This document shows, in pieces, positions 37,655-50,999 of a stretch of DNA of 64,000 nt; the stretch's first letter is position 1, and the number at the start of each line of letters is the position of its first letter. The stretch is taken from NCBI GenBank assembly GCA_016748015.1, contig JAAOMT010000282.1, positions 228,369 through 292,368 on the forward strand. The letters are read 5' to 3'. The notes beneath the pieces were generated by a model that was not told where the DNA came from, searched no databases, and saw only the letters and a program-made list of their open reading frames with translations. This stretch comes from Geosiphon pyriformis uo1. Taxonomy: Eukaryota; Fungi; Glomeromycota. A program made the translations under genes and the position numbers.

Positions 37655-40600
37655 TGATTTTTGTTGTTACTGAAATTAAGTTGAGGAATAAGATTTGTTC
37701 ATAAATCATGAATAAGTTTAATGATATCTGAGTTTTTACTTCTGATTTGGGCTCTAATCATTTGGGTTCTGGTGTTGCAATTATTATAAACAATTCTTTA
37801 GCAAGACATGTGTGTAAGGTAATAGACATTTCTGGCTAGCTTTTTTTTATCAGGTTACTTTTCAAAAATAAACTATCTGTGTCAATTTTGGGACTTTATG
37901 CTAGAGCATTTTTGGCAGTACATTTTTTTTAAATGGGTGATATTAATTCTATGATTGCAAAGGCTGTGAACAAGTTTTTTATTATTATTCTGAGAGATGA
38001 TTTTAATAAAGATAGTTCTCACAAGTGTGCTAGTTTTAGAAAGTGTCTTGATTTGAGTTTGGTTAATTCTTTGAGTGAGAGCTTTTTTGTGAAGGTGCTG
38101 ACTTGGTACAATTCTCAGGGTGTTGCTAAAACAATTGACTATTTGTTTGTTTTCTCAAACTTAGTTAATACAGTAGTTGTTTATAGTGTTGCCAATATTG
38201 GAGATTATTTTAATACTAATTACAATGCTGTTTATGTTTCTGTGAGTTTGGATGGTTTGCTGAATGTACAGCTGAACTTGCTGTGCAACCAGACTAACAA
38301 AGATCATTGGAAATTTGATATTAAGTATGCTGATAAGATAAAATAGTGTAAGTTTAGAAATGTTATGACAGCCAATACTGCTATGTTTTCAAATAAGTTT
38401 GTTTTAGCTAAGAGGCTTTCGAATTTGGATACTATGTGGGACATTGTTTGCAAAGTGATGGCTTTCTTGGCCAATAAAACTTTCAAAAAAAAATAGTTTA
38501 AAGATTATAATAGAATTTTTACCAAAGAGTCTTCCAAGTTTTATAGGCTGAAGATTTTGGTTTCAAAGATTGTTAAGACTTCTTGTGAAATAGATCTTAA
38601 CCAATTTATCTCTCTTTTGGAACACTGGATTTCTCTTGATAGTAACAAAGCTTCTATTGTTGGAGATCTTGTGAGCTTTGATGCAAATTTAGATCATGTT
38701 TGTTCTGTTTTCTATGATACAAAGAAATCTTATCATGTCTCCAAGCTTACTGAATTATTGTAAGCTAAAAAGTTAGGCATTAGATTGGCTATTGAAAAAA
38801 TGATGGAATGTTTTGTGGTCAACAAAGGCCACATGATTTATAGTATATTGGAATGCTCCTTTTGTAAAGTGGTATTGGACCATCTGATCTCTAACAGTGA
38901 TTTAATTTTAGATCCAGTTAAAGTTAAGGGAAAGATTGACAGAATTATAGAAGACTGAACAAGGAAGAGAGTTGTGCTGAAGAGTGTTCTTGAGTTGTGG
39001 CAATGTCAATAGTTGTCATTGGATTATGTTAACAATGGTGCTTTTTCAAGAGTTATGGATGCCATTGGTTATAATGAGTTGGTATGTGTGGTCAAAAATC
39101 TGCCAGATAATAAAGCTGCTGGTTTGTTTGGTATTACAAATGAACTTTGGAAACATTGCAATAGTTCTGTGTTTAGTTTGCTCTTGAATCTATCAAATCT
39201 CTGTTTGATGTATGAGTCTATATCTCATCTTGAAAGAAAGCTTGGGTGTCTATGATTCCTAAACCTTATAAATATAAGAGTGTTTTAACTAATACTAGGC
39301 TGATTGTATTAATTGAGACTGCTCATAAGATTCTTTCTAAGATACTGTTTAATAGTATTTTATTGGTATGCAGTATGTTTAATGTTCTTTATGGTGATAA
39401 CTTTTCTGTGCTAAAAAGCACTACTACTCAATCCCTTATTTTTGCTATCAGATTAATTGTTGAGGATGCTTTGGAAAAAGATTGTGAGCTTTGACTTATT
39501 TTACAGAATATGTGTAAGGCCTATAATTCTGTGAGTTAATATTACTTGTAAAATAGCTTGGTTTAGATTAAGATATGTGCACATTTTATCAGGTTTTTTG
39601 GCAGTATTCACAGTGATTGTGTTAATTGTGTTATGACTGATTTTGGTCTGATTAATAGGTACTAGGTGCATAATAGTTTTGACCAGAGTAAGATATTTTT
39701 TCTGTTATTGTAAAGAATTTTCTATGATCCCCTTTTGTGTAAGATTAAGAGACAGGAAAATTTGTGTGACTACCAGATTGACATTAAGTTTGTTGCTAAG
39801 ACTAACAGGCTAGAAAACCAAGATGGTTTGACTTTATTTTTGGTAGCTGGTGCTTTTATTAATAACACAATTTGGATAAAAAGTAGTAGAGCTGCTACTC
39901 AGTATATTTTAGATATTACTAGTGAATTTTTTAAGATAAATAACATCTCTATTAATAATAAAAAGACTGTGACCATCCCTATAAACCAGAAGGTTAGTAA
40001 TGCTTTGTTGTTAATAAGTGGTTTGCCAATTTTAGTTGCTCATAAGGGGAAGTTTTATAGGTATTTTGGTATCTATTTATTATCTAAGGGATTGTCTTTA
40101 CCAAGTTTGGCTAAGGCTTATTCAGATGTCAGATTTTTTGTTAATTTGGTTTTGAGAAAGGCTATTTCAGACAAGCAGTTCTTTTATCTGGTGTTAGCAA
40201 TATTGTAGTCCATTATTAGTTATAAGACACAGTTCAGTTTTGTTTTTAAAAGTGTATGTGTTAAGTAAAACACATTGATTAGAAAGAGTTTGAGACTTAA
40301 GACTGGGCTACCTAAAAATTTTCCCAATAAGGCTCTTTACCATCCATCTTTGTATGGCTTAAAATCTTTTGAGCAGTTGTAATCTGAGTTCAAATTGGCT
40401 TCTGTGCTGAATTTTTTAAATGCTAATGAAATTTTTAGTCATCTGTTTGATCATAAATCTTTGAACCTGCAAGTTTTGAATTAGTTATTTGTCCATCTTT
40501 TATATTATTTGGTTAGACTATGTGTTAGTTTAATCAATAATTTTTTGGCTGGTGTTGTCAAAATCTTTTTGGATTGTGATATGTCTCTTGGCAATTTTCT

Positions 40601-40942
40601 TCTTACTGTATTCTATTTCACTAGTGGAATGCCAATATTTATAGTTTTGGAGGGCTCATTGTTTTATGATGTTTTATGCTTACTCAAAAAATTTGAAGTC
40701 ATTTTTATTGAATAGCTGTACACCAAAAAAGGTTTGATTTTTGATTAGAAAAGCTTTTGTTATTGGAAAAAACTCAATCCAAGAGGCTCTGTCTCTTGTT
40801 GGTTCAATTTAGCTTGTAACTTTCTGGCTCAATCTTCTTTTTCTAATGTGTTACATGTTACTAATTTGTGGTCTCTAGATGTTTGTGATTCAGATGGTGT
40901 TTCCAAGTTAGAACAGTGCCTTTTTGTTACTAATCTGGACAT
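37655..40942 (+). mobile_element. LINE2, 5'-truncated ORF2 (APE-RT), left arm
   Basis: VVTEIK, GSGVAIII, TIDYLF, TNTRLIVLIETAHKILSK, AFINNTIW; cut by F at 40943. Confidence 0.9.
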
Positions 40943-41764
40943 TGTTATAGGTGATTATTTGGGATCTCAAAACAAATAACAAACACATAACTTGGTGCTT
41001 AACAGTTGATCTTGTTAGTAATATTGGTAGATTGTTTGATCTAACGGTTTTCGTGATCTGATAGTTTTAATAAAGTTCTTTGTATAATAGACAGAGATAT
41101 AATTGGTTGTTTTATTTATAGCTTCTTGAAATCACAGTTTTATCAATTTCTTTCTCAGCATAATGGCTGGTAATTTTCTTGGTAAGATATCCTCAATTCC
41201 AAGTGTCTATGCTTATTCCTGGATTTTTTACCAGTGCTAAATCTTGATGTCAATACCTCTGCATGTAAATCTTTTTAATTAAGTTAGTAAAACAAAAAAA
41301 ATAACAAAAAAAAATAAAAGAAAATAAAAAAAATAAGCCAAGACAATAATTGTTAGTATTCCATCAATAGCCATGATCAAGAGCTATTGTTCTAGTGTGG
41401 TTAAGTATTTGAGATTATCAACATAAAGGGTTAATAGTGAAAAGTGGATTAAGATATTAAATATTTATTTATTAATATTTGTGAATTAAAAGGCCGCTTA
41501 GATCAAATCTAAACTAAGAGATCTGTCTTTTCTACTTCTAACACTATCACTATATATACATAATTGAGATTCTTCCATTTCTCAATTTTTTCTACCAGAA
41601 ATCTTGGAATTCTTAGAATCCTGCAATTTTTTGTATGAGAATCTAGAAATTCTTGAAATCTTGCAATTCCTTTGAGAGGAATTCTGGAATTTCAGATTTT
41701 ACTATGGTTACTTCTAATTTGCTAATTTTTATGCTAATATACTTCCTAGATTTTATGAGTAATA
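40943..41764 (-). repeat. 3' LTR of F (822 bp, U3 type II)
   Basis: Direct repeat of 59911-60723; PPT immediately to its right. Confidence 0.93.
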
Positions 41765-41778
41765 TTATTTTCTCTTTT

Positions 41779-42407
41779 TTAATATTGAGCTCTATTGAGA
41801 TTTCCTAATTCTAATTCTCCATCTTTGAGTATTTCTTGAACTTTTTTTTTAAAAATTATTTGTGCTATCTTGCTTTGTAAGTCTTCAAATTGAGCATTAG
41901 TTATTTTTCTCATTTGGTTAATGATAATGAAGTCCATTTCTGGATTGAGCAAAATTTCTGGTCGATCTTGAAATCCAGTATGTAGTCAGTAAATAGCTCT
42001 TGCTTGTGTGGTTAAATTGTTCTTCTCATAAATTGTTCCAGTTGTTGTAATATTGTTGTGCCAAATAATTGTTTTGTTTTATTTGTATACAAGCCTTAAA
42101 TGTTCAAGTATTGTTCTAAATAAAAGTAACAAAAGTTTCTTGGAAATTGTTGTATCCACCAATTCCAAGTTTCTATAGTTAATTCTTGATATTGGGTTAC
42201 TTTTGGTTGTGTTTCTATTGCCAATTTCACTTTTGTAATTATTTTGTCAACAGTGTTTTCTGTTTTTCTCTGTATTTTATCTTGTGCTTCTTTTCTGGTA
42301 TTTGTGTATCTGATAGTTTGTTGATTGATTATAATTTTCATCTCTTGTTGTTGAATCAGTTAAAAGAATTGTTGTGCTAGTGAGTGAATACTGTCAATAA
42401 TCTCCAT
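41779..42407 (-). pseudogene. ORF3 of F
   Basis: KTENTVDKIITKVKLAI...TWNWWIQQFPRNFCYFYL is closely similar to C ORF3. Confidence 0.85.
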
Positions 42408-42469
42408 TTTTTTGGTGTTTTTTGTTACATATACTATGTCTTTATATACTCTTTTGGTTGTTTAATTTT

Positions 42470-42786
42470 ACATGTTTTGGTTTAATGATTATAATTGGTT
42501 CTAAATCTTGTAGAATTTTATCTGGTTTGACTAGTATTTTCTGTACTCCTAATTGTGAAATATTATTGGTAGATGATAATACTATATGGTGATATTGTTT
42601 TAATCAATTATCATGTACTGCTTTGGTTAAGATTTTGTTGTTCAACCTTAATTTATAAGCTCCATTTCCAAGAATTTCTTCTATGTGAAATGGTCTATCC
42701 CATTTGGGATCAAATTTTCCACTCCATTGTTTTTCCACTTTGGTATAATATAGAAGTACTTTGTCTCTAATTCTGAATTTGACTAG
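42470..42786 (-). pseudogene. C-terminus of F integrase (GPF region), separated from the rest by E
   Basis: KQWSGKFDPKWDRPFHIEEILGNGAYKL. Confidence 0.85.
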
Positions 42787-43740
42787 TATTACCAGTAGAA
42801 TTTTAGCTATTAATTAGCATGAAATTATCCTTATAATTCTTATTATTAATTAACATGTTAATATCAATTCTAATTATCACTTATTATTTAATCAATTTAT
42901 CACATATCATGATTCAATTAATAATCTAATTAGTATAATAGAAAGTAAGATGATCAAATTACACAATACTCTAAACTTTGTAACATTCTAAAATTCGCCG
43001 AAATTATGAATAGTTTACCCAAATTAATCAATAGTTCAGCAAAATAACTTGTAGTTCATCAAAATGTATCTTTAGTTCACCGAAATTTGAGCAAAAAGAA
43101 AAAGTGCAAGTTCATAGACTAGTACTACAACAAGTTGTATAAAAGAAAAGCTTTTTTTCTTCAAAAAAATGTATCTTATTTTAGCTTTATCACTTAGAAC
43201 CATTCCTACACACACAAAAAAAAATAAAATAACAAATAATTCAAAAAACCAAATTCTTTAATTATTGCACTTGGAAAATTCCCAAAAACCCAACTAACAT
43301 TTTGAAATTGATTAACTACCAATTTCAGTAAACTGTTAGTGACTCCAGGCCTGGATAGAAAACGTTTCCCTTAACAGAATTCTATTTCTTTTACATTTCT
43401 TTATTTTTTTTCTTCTTTTCTTATTTACAATCATTAAGGTAGCTTACAGACAAGATTCCTATAGAAAAATTGACTTTTACAGCAAAATAACTACACATTT
43501 TTAGTGAGCTTTCAGACAAGCAATTCCTGAGAAAGAGTTGATGTTTACTACAATGTAACTACATAAAGTAACTGGTATAGAATTGGCCATTCCATTTATA
43601 AGTCCAGCAGTTCAAATTATAGGAGATAATTTGAAGATAAATTCAGTTACTGGAGGTCCAACTACTTCCTAAAAACGTGAATTTGCAGCAAATCAACATT
43701 AACAACATTCAAAAAAAATACCCAAAAATCTCTGGTAACA
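42787..43740 (+). repeat. 5' LTR of E (954 bp)
   Basis: T[A]TTACCAG...CTGGTAACA terminal inverted repeat; TATAAAA at about 43138. Confidence 0.95.
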
Positions 43741-43742
43741 TT

Positions 43743-43760
43743 TGGTGCTTTCCCACGGAA
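43743..43760 (+). promoter_or_regulatory. PBS of E (TGGTGCTTTCCCACGGAA)
   Basis: 2 nt after the LTR; differs from the A/C/F PBS. Confidence 0.85.
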
Positions 43761-43785
43761 ATAACACAATAACAACAAATTCAAA

Positions 43786-46700
43786 GTGGCAACCACACCA
43801 GACACAGCAACTCTAGAGTATTATCAGTCAATTTACACCCACTGCAAACAAAGATTTAACATCCCAGACGGAATTGAAGTTGTCAAAAAATCAGTATATC
43901 AATACATTAAAAATCATATCAACAATTATTTTTTTGGAAACTACAATATTTCAGAAGTAAAAAGCAATCTCTATAACAATTTAGTGCACTATTCAGAATT
44001 GGGAACAGAAGACCTGAACAGTGAAACACTTGTTACCTACTTCCAAGAACTTAATTTTAATATTATTGAGTATTGTGAAGAAAAATACCCAGTACAGCCC
44101 AAATACTCTTTTAACTTTGAATCAGAAACAGAAACAAGCAACAAAGGCAAACAAAAAGTGAAACAATACTCAAGAACCACTCCAAACACTCCAATACTAC
44201 TAAAGACAACTGCCAAACATTTGCAAACATCTGAACAAGAAATTAGTGTCAAATTACCACTTTTTATTACACTATTTCCAATTTTACTTGTTCAACCACA
44301 AATACCAAGTTCACTACTTAACCATTTCTCTAGACCAGAAGATTTTCAGTCACCTAAAAATTCTACTCAACAACAAAAACCAATATTAACAAGTGCCAAT
44401 ATCATTGATTACTTACAGGAAAACAAAAGTAATTATTCAGAAAGCTTGGAAAGTGAAGAAACTGATTCAGAACCAGAAGAAATCACAGGAAACAAAGAAG
44501 AAATGGCAACTGCTTACATTGCAAAAATTCCAGAATTCACTAGTGAAGACAATGATACCAGTCCTTAAAAATGGCTTGACAAAGTTCAAAAAGCAGGAGA
44601 TACAAATAGTTGGATTGCAGCAAGAATGCTCAAAGCAATTTTCTACTTTCTCCAAGGAACAGCAGGAGAATGATTTAAAAATTTAGAAGAACCATTTGAG
44701 AACTGGCAAGCATTCAAAAATGCTTTTTTACAACAATTCACTGACAACAACACCTCTATTACTCTCTGCAATCACTTTTGCAATATCAAACAAGAAACAT
44801 CTGAAACTGTTATAACCTATCTTGGAAGATTCAACAAACTTTTCAGACAAATTTGACAATTGAAAACCAATAACTACTATTCTGATGCTCAAATTCTAGA
44901 TTAGTTTATAGCAGGGTTAAAAGACAAACTGATTAAGAAAGTTTACCCACATGCTCCAGCAGACTTAGCAACTGCCATTAAACATGCAAAGAGCTATGAA
45001 ATGGCAATGGAAGAAGTAAATTATACCAAGCTTGTAAACCTTGCAATTGGAGAAACCAGCTCAGCAGCTGAAGAGAAGATAAACCAACTCACAAAAAAAG
45101 TTGAAAGCTACTTCACAAACCAACAACAACAGCAGCAACAACCACAAAGATATCAACCCCCACAATGATGCAACCAAAACAATTTTGGATCACCATCCAA
45201 CAACCAACCTCAAAATTGTCATTATTGTGGAATTTTAGGACACTGGAAACAAAATTGTAGGAAATTACAAAGAGACCAACAAAACAGGAGTAATCAATAT
45301 TACTCTTCATCACAACAATCTTATTACCAATCTCCACCACCAACCTATTATTCACCAAGACCACAAAATTAAAACAGTTACTATCTACCAGCTCCACAAC
45401 CAATGCAACAACAATATCAGCAACCCTTACTAATTTAGCCATATCAGATACCACTCACTCAACAATATCAAGTACTTACAAGAAGATTGGTTCAACATAA
45501 CCAATTTACACCCCAAAATCAATTTCAGAGTAACAACAACAGAATCAATCCAAATAACCAGTTGGTTCCCTGAAATTCGGGTCAGCAAAGACCCAATTAC
45601 TATTACACTCAATTCAGTTATCTTACAATACCAGAGGAATCGGATTTTTAACAACCTGCACTTTCTGAAGGTGAAGTTGCAGCACTTAGATCAAACTCTT
45701 CTAACAACACTATTCCACCAGCTCAAATTGCCCAAAATGCCAACCTTTCAGATATATTTCCATTCGAATTTGAAATGAATTACCATTCTTGCTTAGTAAT
45801 ACAGCAGCTAATGAACAAAGAGCTATCACTGCCATGTACACTGAAATTACAGTAAAAGAAAAACCCATCCAACTAATTCTAGACAGTGGATTAGCTGGAA
45901 GTATTATTACCTACCAGTTAATACAACAGCTTCAAAAAACTGTTGACAGACCAGCCCAAACTGTAATTGTTACAGCAGATGATATGAAAAAGACACCAGT
46001 AGGAGAAATTGACAATTTTCCATTTACTATTGATGGAATCACCATTTCAGTCAAAGTTTTAGTCATGGATGCACCCCAATACCAAGCTCTAATTAAAAAT
46101 GATTGGCTTCTTAAAACCAATGCAAACTTAGATTGGGAAACTCAAGAACTAAAAATCTCATACCAAGGACAATACACCATAGTATTTGCTATTTGTGGTA
46201 CTTTCAACAAATAATCAGAAAAAGCCCCAGTATTTGAATTTGAAGAGGAGAAGGAAATGCCACTCACTGAAACCTACATGGCTCTTAGATCAACATCCAA
46301 TTGGGCTGAAGAAACAGAATAAGAGATTTTTGAGGAATCAAGAGGATAAAAGAAAGTTAGATATTCTACACCAGAACCATGAAAACAACCACTCTACATT
46401 CCACTTAAATGCAAAGATTGCAACAAGAAACTTTCATCAATGGGAGCATGTATTTTCTCAGAAGAGGAATATGAAACTTGTACCTGTTACTTTTGCAAAG
46501 CATGTTATAGAGAACGATTTGGATCTCCAAAAAGAAGTGGAAAATAGGACAACACACTTTGTCTTACATGTGGAGATATGTTACCAGAAGAATACAACTA
46601 GATTGATGTTGTAATAAGAGGAGGAGTATGCGATCAAACCTGTCAATATGCTCTATTAATTTCGGAAAAAGTAAGAAGAAGAACACCATTTGATGCAGCA

Positions 46701-49700
46701 TATAATAGTGCTCTCAATAAACTTTACCACTACCCTTATAATGCTGAAATAATTTTTGACCTAGCAATAGCATTGATCAATAAAGCCACCCAAAAAGATG
46801 TCCACCAAATGAAAAAAGCTGAATACATTGAGTATATCATGGAATTAGCTGGATTTGATTATAAAAATAAAGTAGAAACCTACCACCAAATTGCAAGCCA
46901 CACATACCCAACTTAAAAAGCTCAAATTCAATGATTAGAGCAAATGAACATTCAATTATGTGAAGAATACATCATGCCTTGTAATGACAAATGGTGTCCA
47001 GAATGCTATGCTATTAGCATTCCTCTGCCAAAGGAAAATGATGAAAATGAAATCGAATTTGGAGTATCTGAACTGGTAGAAGAACTACCAACCACCTCCA
47101 TCTATCTTCTTGAAAAGCAACCACCTCTATAACTTAAATATTTTGACAACCATGGCCAAGGAATCAAACCAGAAAAAGCACACAAAATTGATGCTGGATA
47201 TAATCTAAGATACCCGGAAAAAGATACTTTGGTTTTTCAACCAAAGTCTTTGACAAAAATCAATCTCAAAATTGCTCTTAAAATTCCACTTGGAGCAATG
47301 GTTCAAATTGCATCCAGATCATCATTGGTAAGCAAAGAAATCAATATTAAAGGAGGAGTTATAGATGCAGAATATACTGGAGACATTACCATCATGTTAC
47401 AAAATGAAACAGACAAACTATTTAGGATTAAACATGTTAAAAAAATTGCCCAAGCAATTTACCTACCTCTAATTAACATTTTGGGATTACAATCAGTTAA
47501 AAACAGAGAACAATTAGGAAAAAGTGAAAGAGGAACTCAAGGTTTTGGTTCAACTGGACAATTTACAGTTCTAGTAAACATAGCTCTCAATACACAGAAT
47601 GAAATTTACCAGATTTTTCAACTTCCCCAACCAATTATCATTTCACCTTTTGGTGAATATTACGAAATTCACACTTTCTCAAAACCCACCACTATCCAAC
47701 AAATCTTTGAATCCAATGAACAAATCTGTTTGAAGCATGAAATCTCAATCCCAAACGTTTATATTCCCAAAAGAATGAAAAAATTTTGAGTTATATTCTA
47801 CAACCCCAATAATTACCTTATTGTTTTATTAAACAAATTAGAAATTGGAATCATACACAGCAATATCTTTTAAAATGAAAACCCTTAAATTGTTTCTAAT
47901 TTCATTAAAATTGTAAGACACACTCTACTCTCAAATCCAAATATTATTCTACCACTAAAAACTACCACCTTTTGGAAGAAAAACTCTCTTAAATCAACAT
48001 GGGTCTCTTAGAACCTTAACAACAAAGACAATTGAAACAATTGATAGCTAAATTTGCAGATATATTTGCAAAAGACAATAATGACCTGGAAAAACTGATA
48101 TTGTTTAACATCAGATCCATACAAGAGATGCTCTACCAAAATGTTAACAAGCTTATAGAGTGCCACTTGCCAGCCATTAATTCATTAGAGAAGAAGTCCA
48201 AAGAATGCTCAATAATGGATTAATTCAACCATCAAGAAGTCTTTGGGCCTTACCAATAGTCCTTGTTAAAAAAAAAAATGGAAAAATCAGATTTTGTGTT
48301 GACTATTGCCAACTAAACAGTGTGATAATTGGAGATGCTTACCCTCTTCCAAGAATTGATGACATGTTAGATGCTCTAGGAAAAGCCAAGTTCTTCTCAA
48401 CTTTGAACTTAGAAAGTAGATACTGGCAAGTTGAAGTGGACCCAAAAGACCGACCCAAAACAGCATTTACTACTCAAAAAGGAAACTATGAGTTCAATGT
48501 TATGCTTTTTGGACTCTACAATGCACCAGCAATATTTCAGTGACTTATAGATGTTGTATATGAAGAACTTTTGTGGCAATTAGTAGTTGTCTATCTTGAT
48601 AACACTAATGTATACTCACCAAGCTTTGAAGCCTATCTGATTTATCTGCAAGAAGTTTTTTAACGATTATGGAAAGCAGGATTAAAGTTAAACATTGAGA
48701 AATGTTACTTTAGAAAAACAAGCTTGATCTTTCTTGGACACATAGTTAGTAAAGATAGAGTCAAACCAAATTCAGGAACAATCAGTGCTGTCAAAAACTT
48801 TCAAACCTCCAGAAATATCACAGAACTATGAGAATTTGTAGGATTAGCCTCTTACTATCAAAAATTCATAAAAAAATTCTCGGAAATTGCCAAACCACTC
48901 AATTATCTTACCAACAAAAACGTGCCATACAAATGGACTGAAGAACAACAAAAAGCTTTTGAAACTTTCAAAACAAAATTGACAACAGCCCTAGTTCTTG
49001 CTTACCCAGACTTCAACAAACAGTTCCAATTAGTCACTGATGCTTCACACATAGCATTTGGTGCCATTCTATCACAATTGGATGAAAATGGCCAGGAGCA
49101 AGTTATTGCCTATGCCAGTAAAACACTCAAGCCAACAGAATTCAAATATGGCTCAACTGAATTAGAAGCTGCTACCATCATCTGGGCTCTCAAACACTTT
49201 CAACAATACCTAAAGAATAAAAAAAAATTTGACATAATAACTGACAATATTGGCCTTAAATGGCTCAATAAAAAGAAAACAGAACAAAATGCTAAACAGT
49301 CTTGATAGAATGACTTCCTAGCAGACTACAGATATATTATACACCACAAACCAGGAAAACTACATACCAATGTTGATAGCCTTTCAAGAATGAGACAAGA
49401 TTAATACCAACAACAATTCCACCACAACTTATTAACCTACCAACAAAATAACCAAATAAAAATGGATCCCAGAAATTATAGCAATCTTAAAAATCATTTG
49501 GAGACCTTTATCATGCCAAAAAACTGGTCTCCAAGTAAAAAACATTGTTTACAACACCAATAAAAACAATATTTTATACACCATAACAGAATCTATTACA
49601 AAAATCATAAAAACCCAAACCAACTACTCAGACTAATACAAGAAAATGAAAAAGAAACAATTCTATACAACATGCACACAGATCCTTCTTTAGCACATTT

Positions 49701-50847
49701 GGGAAGAGATGGAACAATTCAAAGAACTTTTGAACATTATTTTTGGCCTCAAATGCAAAAAAACATTCGATGATATATAGAATCTTGTGATAGTTGTTAA
49801 AGAAGAGAAGGAACTCACCCCACAGAATCTTTAAATCCAATTAAAGTTGGACAACCTTTTGACAGAGTTGGAATTGATTTAGTCGGACCATTACCTATCA
49901 CAACCCAAGGAAATTGTTATATTGCAGTTGCAGTAAATAATCTCACCAAATGGTCTAAAGCTAAAGTTATTCAAAGAGCAGATGCAAAATCAGTAGCAAA
50001 TTTCATCTATGAAGACATTATTTGTAGACATAGATGCCCAATTGAACTTTTATTTGATCAAAGAACACATTTTGTGAACAACTTGATACATGAAATTTGT
50101 GAACAATTCAATGTCAAAAGACCTCTATCATCAGCTTATCACCTTTAAACAAATAGACTTGTAAAACGTTTCAACAGAACATTGTGTAAATCTCTAGCCA
50201 AAGTCTTAATAGACTTTGAGCAGGAATGGGATATCTTTATTCCATCAGTGTTACTAGCATACAGAACACTAAAATAAAATACTATGAAACACACACTATT
50301 TGATTTAACTTATGAAAAGACAGCAACATTACCAATTAATTTCACAGTGGAAACATACCCTGTGCAACCAATTAATGAAGAAAACTTTCAAGAAACACTC
50401 CAAAGAAGGGCTTATACTCTCCTTAGTACACTGGAATGAAAAAGAAGGATAGCAGCAACTTATATTGAATATTCTCAAACTCAACAAAAAAAAAGACATG
50501 ATAACAAATTACTACCCATAATCAACAAATTTAAAATTGGAAATAAAGTTTTCTTACACAGAACTAAGACTGAAAAACAATGGAATAAGAAATTTGAAAA
50601 CAAATAGGATGGACCATTTTATATTCACAAAATTCTAAGCAATAGATCATATAAGTCAAGACTTAATAACAAAGTACTAACAAAAGTTGCACATGGAGAT
50701 AGATTGAAACACTATTATTCCAAAAACAATTCTGAACTATTAATTCTACAAATTGGTACCCATTCCTTTTTAATTAATTCTGAAGATATTCTCCGAAATT
50801 TAGAACCAATAATTATAATAGAACAACAACCAAACTTAAACACTTAA
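43786..50847 (+). pseudogene. gag-pol: gag-pol of E (CCHC CHYCGILGHWKQNC, protease LILDSG, Cys module, dUTPase about 47170-47556, RT, RNase H, integrase)
   Basis: DAGYNL, ASRSSL, GGVIDAEYTGDI, SERGTQGFGSTG; RFCVDY, YPLPRIDDML, YLDN; VTDAS, ELEAA; GPFYI. Confidence 0.94.
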
Positions 50848-50999
50848 TTCAACATAATTTTACAATAATCTTTTAATAATACACAAAAGACAAAAATAAT
50901 AAATAATTACAAAACACCCAAAACCCAAAAACAAATAAAACCCCAGACCCAAAAATATTTTTTTTTATTCTTTTTTTTCATTAATTAGTTAATTTTATC

